64,000 nucleotides of DNA from Fervidobacterium sp. (lineage in GTDB: Bacteria; Thermotogota; Thermotogae; Thermotogales; Fervidobacteriaceae). The position numbers and the translations under genes were made by a program. The DNA lies in assembly GCA_049970055.1 (NCBI GenBank), contig JBMFNR010000001.1, positions 64,001 through 128,000 of the forward strand, written 5' to 3'. Positions 10,771 through 18,586 of this stretch are shown piece by piece (position 1 is the first letter of the stretch; each line of letters opens with the position of its first letter). Below the pieces are notes generated by a model. The model did no database searches. It saw only the letters and a list, made by a program, of their open reading frames with translations, and had not been told where the DNA came from.

Positions 10771-11019
10771 AGAAAGCCCTCCCTTTTAAAACTCGTTCGT
10801 ATAATAATCTTGCAAATTAATTATATCACGCTTGGTTTTAGAAATCCACTGAAGGTAAAACATGTAAGATCTAATATACAATAACAACTAATAAAGCAAT
10901 AACAATAAATAAACGGGAATATTCTGTGTAATTTAAATAAAGTGATGTCTAGTTGTATTTTGAGCGTTATTGAGTACTTGGTAAAATAATTTCACATGCT
11001 AAACAAAGGAGGGATTGTG

Positions 11020-12363
11020 ATGGGAGTTTGGCTTGTTATTTTACTACTGCTGTCTATATTCTTCATAGTGTATTCAACAGTGCGCTGGAAATTACACCCG
11101 TTTCTTGCTCTCATATTCGCGGCCTTTTTGTATGGAATACTATCTAAGATGAATTTAGGTGACGTCGTAAAATCTATCACTGATGGTTTTGGAGGAACTG
11201 TAAGTTCTATAGGTATCGTCATCGTTGCTGGAACCATTATTGGAATCTTCCTTGAGAAATCCGGCGGAGCTTTTAGAATGGCAGAAGCTATCTTGAAATT
11301 GACCGGTCGGAAAAATGTTCCATTGGCAATGAGTATAATAGGCTATATAGTCTCCATTCCGGTATTCTGTGACTCAGGATTTGTTATTATAACTCCTCTC
11401 AACAAAGCGTTGACCAAGAGAGCAAATATTAGCTTGGCGACGACAGGTATAGCTCTAAGCTTAGGTTTGTATGCGACTCACACAATGGTTCCACCAACAC
11501 CTGGACCAGTTGCTGCGGCTGGCACCTTGGGCGCCGACCTTGGTCTTACTATACTTATGGGATTGATAATTTCAATTCCAGCAATTATCGTTGGATGGAT
11601 ATTCTCCATTAAAGTAGCTTCCAAAGTTCAAATAGATCCCGAACCGGAACTTTCGGAGGAAGAGATCAACAAAAAGATGAAAGAATCTCCTTCAACCACG
11701 AGTGCTTTCCTTCCAATAGTGTTGCCAATTGTACTCATAGTTTTGAAATCCCTTTCCGATTTTCCAACGAAACCTTTTGGGGACGGCTCTTTGAAAACTT
11801 TCATAGGGTTCATCGGGCATCCAGTTACGGCATTGATGATAGGTACACTCATTGCATTTATATTACCCAAAAAGATTGACAGAGAAATATTCTCAATGAC
11901 AGGTTGGGTCGGACAAGCAGTGCAGCAAGCAGGAATAATAATCCTTATAACTGCTGCGGGTGGAGCTTTCGGTAAAGTACTACAAAACTCTGGTATAGCT
12001 AATGTTATTGGTCAGTACCTTGCCAATGCACATTTGGGGATGTGGCTACCATTTATAATTGCAGCCGCAATTAAAACAGCGCAAGGTTCATCAACAGTTG
12101 CGATTATAACAACTGCGTCATTGCTAGCTCCTCTACTGGAACCCATGGGACTCACTTCTCCAATTGCCAAAGCACTTACGGTTGTAGCTATTGGAGCTGG
12201 ATCTATGGTTGTTTCGCATGCAAACGACAGTTATTTCTGGGTTGTCACTCAGTTCTCAAAAATGGATGTGAAAACTGGATACAAGTTACAAACCTTAGGT
12301 ACATTACTTGAAGGTCTTACCGCAGGTGTTTTCGTTTGGATATTTAGCTTATTCCTTGTATAA
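11020..12363 (+). CDS. GntP-family permease (probably glycerate/sugar-acid)
   Basis: KLHPFLAL, IPVFCDSGFV, PPTPGP, AQGSSTVA, SHANDSYFW; SD GGAGG before GTG/ATG at 11017/11020; next to glycerate kinase. Confidence 0.92.
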   Translation: MGVWLVILLLLSIFFIVYSTVRWKLHPFLALIFAAFLYGILSKMNLGDVVKSITDGFGGTVSSIGIVIVAGTIIGIFLEKSGGAFRMAEAILKLTGRKNVPLAMSIIGYIVSIPVFCDSGFVIITPLNKALTKRANISLATTGIALSLGLYATHTMVPPTPGPVAAAGTLGADLGLTILMGLIISIPAIIVGWIFSIKVASKVQIDPEPELSEEEINKKMKESPSTTSAFLPIVLPIVLIVLKSLSDFPTKPFGDGSLKTFIGFIGHPVTALMIGTLIAFILPKKIDREIFSMTGWVGQAVQQAGIIILITAAGGAFGKVLQNSGIANVIGQYLANAHLGMWLPFIIAAAIKTAQGSSTVAIITTASLLAPLLEPMGLTSPIAKALTVVAIGAGSMVVSHANDSYFWVVTQFSKMDVKTGYKLQTLGTLLEGLTAGVFVWIFSLFLV

Positions 12364-12378
12364 GAAAACAATTCTATC

Positions 12379-12405
12379 CCCGAGGCAAAATGCCTCGGGT
12401 TTTTT
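12379..12405 (+). terminator. Intrinsic terminator after the GntP gene
   Basis: CCCGAGGCA-AAA-TGCCTCGGG followed by TTTTTT. Confidence 0.85.
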
Positions 12406-12444
12406 GAATTTATCTGTTTAGCCACTCTTGGTGAGGTGAAATTT

Positions 12445-13704
12445 ATGAAAGAAATTCTAAGAAGAATAATCCGAGAAGTTTTAAATGAAATTCGTCCAGA
12501 TAATGCTGTAAAGTCAAAATTACGTGAACTGAATATTCAGAATGAAGTCATACTTGTTGCCATTGGTAAAGCTGCTTGGAGGATGGCAAAGGCTGCTAAA
12601 GATGAGCTTGGTGAAAAAATTAAAAAAGGCATAGTGATAACAAAATACAATCATTCAGAAGGTATGATTGATGGTATTGAGATATATGAGGCTGGTCACC
12701 CTACTCCTGATGAAAATACCATAAAAGCGACTAAAAGAGTGCTGGAGATTACCTCGAATCTTTCACGCAATGATACCGTCTTATTTTTGATATCCGGTGG
12801 CGGTTCATCACTTTTTGAAATGCCCAAAAACGGTATAACACTTGAAGAAGTGCAAAAACTTACCGATGAGCTTTTAAAAAGTGGTGCGAACATAGTTGAG
12901 ATAAATACCGTTCGAAAACATCTTTCAAATGTTAAGGGTGGAAGATTTGCGCTCCATGTTTCTCCTGCAAAAGTTATTTCTCTTGTCCTTTCAGACGTAC
13001 TTGGGGATAGACTTGATAGTATAGCTTCTGGACCTGCTTACCCCGATTTTTCAACTTCACAGCAAGCATTAGAAATTGCTGAAAAATATAAACTTACTCT
13101 TTCAGGCACAATAAGGAAAGTACTTAACGAAGAAACACCAAAAGTGCTTTCGAATGTTGAGACTTACATAATTGGAAGTGTGAAAACAGCCTGTGAAAAA
13201 GCTTTTCAACTGGGAAAAGACATGGGATACAATAGTGTTATCCTTACAACAGTACTTAACTGTGAGGCAAAAGAAGCGGGGCGATTTCTTGCCTCAGTGG
13301 GAAGAGAAGTACTAAAAAACAACCGACCTATAGAAAAACCTGCTTTGGTTATCGTAGGTGGTGAAACTATCGTACACGTGAAAGGTAACGGGAAAGGCGG
13401 TAGAAATCAAGAGTTAGCATTATCATTTGCGATAGAAATTGATGGAATGGAAAACATAGTTCTCTGTTCATTTGGAACTGACGGAACGGATGGACCGACT
13501 GATGCAGCAGGTGGAATCGTAGACGGAAGAACGTGTCAAAGGATTCGTGAAAAGGGTTTTTCTCCTGAAAAACTTTTGGAAAACAATGACTCATATAATG
13601 CTTTAAAGCTTGCAGAAGACATACTTATAACCGGACCGACAGGAACGAACGTAAATGACCTAATATTAATGATTGTCGATGATAAAGGGGGAGAAAAAGG
13701 CTGA
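12445..13704 (+). CDS. Glycerate 2-kinase (MOFRL/TtuD-type)
   Basis: IGKAA, AGHPTPD, ISGGGSSL, VRKHLS, SDVLGD..IASGP, GGRNQE, GTDGTDG, TGTNVND. Confidence 0.93.
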   Translation: MKEILRRIIREVLNEIRPDNAVKSKLRELNIQNEVILVAIGKAAWRMAKAAKDELGEKIKKGIVITKYNHSEGMIDGIEIYEAGHPTPDENTIKATKRVLEITSNLSRNDTVLFLISGGGSSLFEMPKNGITLEEVQKLTDELLKSGANIVEINTVRKHLSNVKGGRFALHVSPAKVISLVLSDVLGDRLDSIASGPAYPDFSTSQQALEIAEKYKLTLSGTIRKVLNEETPKVLSNVETYIIGSVKTACEKAFQLGKDMGYNSVILTTVLNCEAKEAGRFLASVGREVLKNNRPIEKPALVIVGGETIVHVKGNGKGGRNQELALSFAIEIDGMENIVLCSFGTDGTDGPTDAAGGIVDGRTCQRIREKGFSPEKLLENNDSYNALKLAEDILITGPTGTNVNDLILMIVDDKGGEKG

Positions 13705-14540
13705 AGATACTAACATTGAACTTGCACACATATCAAGAACTGGATTTCAATCAATTTCTATCACTCGAAGAATTCATAAATGCCTACAAACCTGTTCAGC
13801 AAACTATTGCAGACTTCATTACAATGAAAGATGTAGACTTTGCATTCTTTCAAGAAGCTGGACAACATGTAGATGATAGAAGAATTGAAGAAAAATTGGG
13901 TGTTAATATAAAAAAGAGCAATTACGTGAAGATACTTACAGATATTATGCTAGAAGATGGTAAACAATATGACTATGCATGGGATTTTTCTCACCACGGT
14001 TTTGGAATTTGGGAAGAGGGACTGGGCATAGTTTCAAAGTATGAGATAGTAGGTTTTGGATCTCGATATGTTTCCAATACATCTGATGCAGAAAATTTTA
14101 CTTCTCGAAGAATTGTTCGCGTATCTGTTATATTAAACGCCAGGATATTTGATCTTTACTGTGCACATTTCAATTGGCAATCAGCAGGTTTTGAACAAGA
14201 ATTTATAAAATTATTATCTTGGATTGAAGAAAGAAAAAACGATAACTTCATTATCGCCGGAGATTTCAATGTACCATCTAGTAGTCAAGCCTACAAAATT
14301 ATTGAAAATGCAAGAGTTCTTGGGGAAAGACTTATCGACTGTTGGAAAGTATCGAATCCACAAAACCCAGACGCCCCAACATTCAAAGGAGATTCACTGG
14401 AGGGACAATCAAGGATAGATTATATACTCATCCCCGAACGTTTCCAACCGAAGCACTGTGAAATAGTTCTTAAAGAAAAGGTGAACGGGCTCAATATATC
14501 AGACCATTTTGGATTATTTTGTGAAATTGATGAAGATTAG
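13701..14540 (+). CDS. Endonuclease/exonuclease/phosphatase (EEP) family protein, sugar-phosphate phosphatase-like (probable CTG start)
   Basis: (M)KILTLNLHT first strand, FQE, EGLGI, H, GDFN, RIDYI, SDH; CTG at 13701 overlaps the upstream TGA and has an SD GGGGGAG. Confidence 0.85.
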   Translation: MKILTLNLHTYQELDFNQFLSLEEFINAYKPVQQTIADFITMKDVDFAFFQEAGQHVDDRRIEEKLGVNIKKSNYVKILTDIMLEDGKQYDYAWDFSHHGFGIWEEGLGIVSKYEIVGFGSRYVSNTSDAENFTSRRIVRVSVILNARIFDLYCAHFNWQSAGFEQEFIKLLSWIEERKNDNFIIAGDFNVPSSSQAYKIIENARVLGERLIDCWKVSNPQNPDAPTFKGDSLEGQSRIDYILIPERFQPKHCEIVLKEKVNGLNISDHFGLFCEIDED

Positions 14541-14624
14541 GAACATTTTGTCAAACGATTGAAAAATAAATTAGAATATGGTTTAAACACAATTTGAAGT
14601 AATTCGAAAATAGGGGGAAAAGAA

Positions 14625-15992
14625 ATGAATGATAGTGAATTATTGAGCAAAATAAGTGAGCTTATTTCTCAAAGAAAATATTCCGAAGCAAAAGTCCTGG
14701 CAGAAAAGATAGAAAATGAAGTCGATAAACAAAATGTGATGGGTATTATATACTACTATGAACAAGATTTTGATGAGGCAATCAAAAAATTCGAAGGTGC
14801 ATTGAAGATAGATCCAATACATGCTGATGTGCTTTTCAACTATGCAAAAGTACTTTTTGAAAGAGGGAAATATTTCGAATCGTGGAGGTACCTTGCGAGG
14901 ATTCACGATAAAACGTGGGAAGTATATGATTTACTTGGAGATACACAATTAAAGCAAGATAATCCCGCAATGGCTCTCCATTACTACAAAAAGGCTTTTG
15001 AAATATCCAATATAAGTGAATTGAAGGAAAAATACAATACTTTAAAAAGCAAATATAAGAAAAACGAGAAGTTGGCTATATTTTGCTTTCCAGGGCTTGA
15101 TAACTTTGTTCATGATATAGCAGATGTGCTATCAAATATTTACGATATTAAACTCGTAGTTTCAACAGATGGTCGACAGATAACGCAAGCCTACCAATGG
15201 GCAGACATTGTCTGGCTTGAGTGGGCAAATGAAATGGCAATTGAGATAACGAACAAGCTACCAAAGACGGGAAAAAAGGTGATTTGTAGGTTGCACAGTT
15301 ACGAATCTCTGACTGATTTTCCAGAAAAGATTAACTGGAATAACGTAGATAAACTTATTTTGGTGTCCGAGCCTATCGGTGAAATTCTCAAAAGGTATCA
15401 CACAAAAGTTTATGAAAAGATAAAATCTAAAATCATAATCATTTCAAACGGTGTTGATCTGAATAAATTTAAATTCTCACCCAGAAATCATGGTTATAAT
15501 ATAGCTATTGTTGCGAACATAAGTTATAAGAAAGATCCTGCCACATGGCTTCAAGTAATTGGAAAATTAAAAAAGCTTGATGAAAGATACACTATTCACA
15601 TAGCTGGCAGTTTCCAAGATTTAAGATACGAAAATTACTTTAGGTACTTCATAAAGGATGCTAACCTTGAAGATAACGTAAAACTTTACGATTTCCTAAA
15701 AGATATAAATACATTTTTGGAGGATAAAAATTATGTACTTTCGACAAGTATACATGAAAGCTTTGGTTATAACATTGCAGAAGCAATGGCGAGTGGTATA
15801 AAATCAATTATTCATAACTTCGAAGGTTCAAAACAATTATGGCCTGCGGATATGATTTTTGACTTTATAGATGAAATTCCCAAGATAATTTCGGAAGATT
15901 ACAACTCAGAAAGGTATAGGAGTTTTATTGAGGAGAGATACAGTTTAGAAGAGCAAATCAAGAAAATTGTACTATTACTTAGCAGTTTTTAA
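14625..15992 (+). CDS. TPR-containing GT4-family glycosyltransferase (possibly a truncated larger protein)
   Basis: N-terminal TPR helices; RLHSYE, NGVD, STSIHESFGYNIAEAMASG (EX7E motif). Confidence 0.88.
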   Translation: MNDSELLSKISELISQRKYSEAKVLAEKIENEVDKQNVMGIIYYYEQDFDEAIKKFEGALKIDPIHADVLFNYAKVLFERGKYFESWRYLARIHDKTWEVYDLLGDTQLKQDNPAMALHYYKKAFEISNISELKEKYNTLKSKYKKNEKLAIFCFPGLDNFVHDIADVLSNIYDIKLVVSTDGRQITQAYQWADIVWLEWANEMAIEITNKLPKTGKKVICRLHSYESLTDFPEKINWNNVDKLILVSEPIGEILKRYHTKVYEKIKSKIIIISNGVDLNKFKFSPRNHGYNIAIVANISYKKDPATWLQVIGKLKKLDERYTIHIAGSFQDLRYENYFRYFIKDANLEDNVKLYDFLKDINTFLEDKNYVLSTSIHESFGYNIAEAMASGIKSIIHNFEGSKQLWPADMIFDFIDEIPKIISEDYNSERYRSFIEERYSLEEQIKKIVLLLSSF

Positions 15993-16051
15993 ACATACAG
16001 AGCAACTCCTGGATTAGCAAATTATTTCACTGACCAAGCAGACATCAGTAG

Positions 16052-16762
16052 CAAGTTGTATGTTATCAATCGGATGTTAAGTTTTGGACTATAAGTGAAA
16101 GACATAGAGTAGCTATTGCCAAATACCTTGGATTTGAAAAAATACCAGTATATGTTATAAAGAATCATTAAGAATCATTTTATTGATCATTCTGGAAATT
16201 TTATTACAATTTCACCTGCCTGGTGAGGGAATTATATAAGCAGTGTAGAACATGAATATTTTAAGTTTAGCCGAAATGTTTACGTTGGAGCTTTTGACAG
16301 TAGATATCAAAAAACCGAAGACACAACCGGAAAGAAAGAAATAATTAGAAAATTCATAGAATCAATTAGACCAAATTTACTCGTTGATATAGGATGAAAC
16401 CGAGGTGAATTATCCTGAAGTTTTAAAAAACTTGGTATTAGAGTCATTGCTGTAGTTATTTCACCAAAACATGTTCTAGAATTACCAGATGATTATGAAC
16501 CAGATGATTATGAATTCATTCAACACGACGTGGTTAAGTCTGATCTACAATTTCGTTTGGATGTTACTCTTTTTCTAAGTGTTTATCATCATATAGTATA
16601 TAACTATGGGTTTGAAAAAGCTGACAAAACATTCTTCCGGTTAAAACCGAACAAGATCTACTGGATCATTTTAAACTTCCATACGAAATATTAGGGAAAT
16701 GGGGGACCTCCCAGGGAATATATAGAATCATCGTGGTTTTTCAAAACAAAACATTTAACTAA
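16052..16762 (+). pseudogene. Decayed ParB/Srx-like + class I SAM methyltransferase coding remnant
   Basis: Fragments ISERHRVAIAKYLGFEKIPVYVI and LLVDIG*NRGELS*...TLFLSVYHHI; TGA stops at 16224, 16395, 16416; a 10-bp duplication (16160-16179) shifts the frame and a 15-bp duplication lies at 16485-16514. Confidence 0.8.
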
Positions 16763-16811
16763 AAACAGACAAAGAAGAAAGTTACTTTTGATCTATACCA
16801 TAAAAAATCAC

Positions 16812-16840
16812 TTGACCAAAATTTTTGTTTTTGCTATAAT
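16812..16840 (+). promoter_or_regulatory. Sigma70-type promoter of the trp leader-trpB2 transcript
   Basis: TTGACC, 17 bp spacer, TATAAT, with TGn extended -10. Confidence 0.8.
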
Positions 16841-16881
16841 AATTCCAACAATTTGGCAATTATTTTTAAAAAGGTGATCAT

Positions 16882-17007
16882 ATGGAATTAAGAACGGAAG
16901 AGGTTCTTACAAAGTCGTTTAGATTAAAATATAGTTCATTATCACTTATGTTCTGGTGGTGGTGGACAACCGGCGGTTGTCCACCTGCTTGTTGCTATTG
17001 TAATTAG
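16882..17007 (+). CDS. trpL: Trp attenuator leader peptide, 41 aa: MELRTEEVLTKSFRLKYSSLSLMFWWWWTTGGCPPACCYCN
   Basis: SD AAGGTG 5 nt before ATG; four tandem TGG codons at 16954-16965; lies upstream of trpB2 and overlaps the attenuator hairpins. Confidence 0.88.
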   Translation: MELRTEEVLTKSFRLKYSSLSLMFWWWWTTGGCPPACCYCN

Positions 17008-17075
17008 CATCAGGCTGTAATATACAAGGACGACCGCCGGATATGGAAAAGCATATCCGGCGGTTTTTTATTTTT
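16961..17075 (+). promoter_or_regulatory. Transcription attenuator (pause 1:2, antiterminator 2:3, terminator 3:4)
   Basis: 1:2 GGTGGACAACC-GGC-GGTTGTCCACC (16961-16985); 2:3 CCGGCGGTTGTCC (16970-16982) with GGACGACCGCCGG (17028-17040); 3:4 GACCGCCGGATATG-GAAAAG-CATATCCGGCGGTT (17032-17065) plus T-tract. Confidence 0.9.
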
Positions 17076-17122
17076 AATTTGCAATTGCTATGTCACCACA
17101 TCATAAAAAGGAGGGAGTATTT

Positions 17123-18406
17123 ATGAGAGAGATTGTTTATTTGAAGCCAGAAGAACTTCCAAGGTATTATTACAACGTTCTTTCCGATTTACCATTTGAC
17201 CTCGATCCGCCACTCGACCCAGAGACAAGCAAGCCTATTGATCCTGAAAAATTATTAAGAATCTTCCCTGAACCATTACTTGAGCAGGAGGTAACAAAAA
17301 AACGGTTAATCCCTATTCCCGAACCTGTGATGAAGGAATATGCGGTCTATAGGCCAACACCACTTATAAGAGCTACTTTTTTAGAGGAATACCTTGGTAC
17401 ACGAACAAGAATTTACTACAAATACGAAGGTGGCAGCCCAACTGGAAGTCACAAAGTCAACACAGCTCTTGCACAAGTTTACTATAACAAGATATCGGGT
17501 ACGAAAACTCTCGTGACGGAAACAGGTGCAGGCCAATGGGGAAGCGCACTCGCTTACGCGGGTAAAAAATTCGATTTGAATGTACGTATTTTTATGGTTA
17601 AAGTTAGTTACCATCAAAAACCTTTTAGAAAAGTATTGATGAATTTATTCGGCGCAGATGTGACTCCGAGCCCAAGCAAATTAACAAAGGTAGGTGTGCA
17701 GTACGATGAAAGCCATCCAGGAACGTTGGGAATTGCTATATCCGAAGCAATTGATACTGTTTTAGGTGAGAGTGACACCAAATATGCGCTCGGAAGTGTT
17801 TTGAATCATGTGTTATTGCATCAAACAATCATTGGTCTGGAGTTGAAAAAGCAGCTGGAAATAATTGGTGTAAACCCGGATATGATTGTTGCATGTCATG
17901 GAGGAGGTTCGAATTTTGGAGGTACGATACTACCATTTATTCCTGACGTACTTTCGGGAAGAAGGTTAAAAATTGTCGCTGTTGAGCCTGACAGCTGTCC
18001 ATCTTTAACAAAGGGCGAGTATAGATATGATTTTGGCGATACAGCAGGTTTTACACCTCTTTTAAAGATGTACACACTCGGTAAGGACTTTGTTCCACCA
18101 GCGATACACGCAGGTGGTTTGAGATACCACGGTGCGTCACCAATTGTTTCAAGACTGTATCACGAAAAATTGATAGATGCAGCAAGTGTTTCTCAGGAAG
18201 AAATATTTAACGCTGCTAGACTCTTTGCCCGGATTGAGGGAATAATTCCTGCTCCAGAATCTGCTCATGCGATTGCATATGTGATAGAACAAGCAAAAAA
18301 GAATGACAAAGATTCAATAGTATTCACACTTTCTGGACACGGCTACTTTGATTTGAATGCCTACGAAAGCAATGATAGCAAAGTAATAGACAAAAATCAT
18401 GTTTAA
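17123..18406 (+). CDS. trpB2: Tryptophan synthase beta chain 2 (TrpB2, stand-alone)
   Basis: RPTPL, GSHKVNTA (PLP Lys), ETGAGQWG, GSVLNHV, GGGSNFGG, HAGGLRYHG, PAPESAHA; no trpA alongside; SD GGAGGGAG before ATG 17123. Confidence 0.95.
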   Translation: MREIVYLKPEELPRYYYNVLSDLPFDLDPPLDPETSKPIDPEKLLRIFPEPLLEQEVTKKRLIPIPEPVMKEYAVYRPTPLIRATFLEEYLGTRTRIYYKYEGGSPTGSHKVNTALAQVYYNKISGTKTLVTETGAGQWGSALAYAGKKFDLNVRIFMVKVSYHQKPFRKVLMNLFGADVTPSPSKLTKVGVQYDESHPGTLGIAISEAIDTVLGESDTKYALGSVLNHVLLHQTIIGLELKKQLEIIGVNPDMIVACHGGGSNFGGTILPFIPDVLSGRRLKIVAVEPDSCPSLTKGEYRYDFGDTAGFTPLLKMYTLGKDFVPPAIHAGGLRYHGASPIVSRLYHEKLIDAASVSQEEIFNAARLFARIEGIIPAPESAHAIAYVIEQAKKNDKDSIVFTLSGHGYFDLNAYESNDSKVIDKNHV

Positions 18407-18469
18407 GTTCTAAAAACCATCGTTAATTATCGTTTTTGTTCAATATTAAAAAGTTACACAGCTTTTCTC

Positions 18470-18499
18470 TTGACTTGTGATATGCATTTGTGTTAAAAT
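18470..18499 (+). promoter_or_regulatory. Candidate sigma70 promoter of the liv operon
   Basis: TTGACT, 18 bp spacer, TAAAAT, with TGn extended -10. Confidence 0.5.
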
Positions 18500-18586
18500 A
18501 CAAAATAAATAGTTACATGTGTTAAAATTGAAAATCTTTGTCAGCAACATGACAGTTTCTAATTTCTTTCAAGGGAGGGAAAGTGC

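Noticed and set aside
10860..10915. AATAACAA repeats upstream of the GntP gene as an operator or sRNA
   Set aside because: Low-complexity A-rich sequence with no symmetry or structure to support a call.
16224..16418. Three in-frame TGA codons, one at the DIG-C-N cysteine position, as possible selenocysteine or recoding
   Set aside because: The same region also has frameshifts and tandem duplications, and no SECIS-like hairpin is evident. Pseudogene decay is the simpler explanation.
16160..16514. Short tandem repeats as a possible CRISPR or VNTR array
   Set aside because: Only two-copy 10-bp and 15-bp duplications with no spacers; slippage scars.
16950..17075. T-box riboswitch or TRAP-binding leader upstream of trpB2
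   Set aside because: No T-box motif (GGTGGNACCGCG-like with stem I) and no (G/U)AG repeat series. The translated W-run and alternative stems explain the region.
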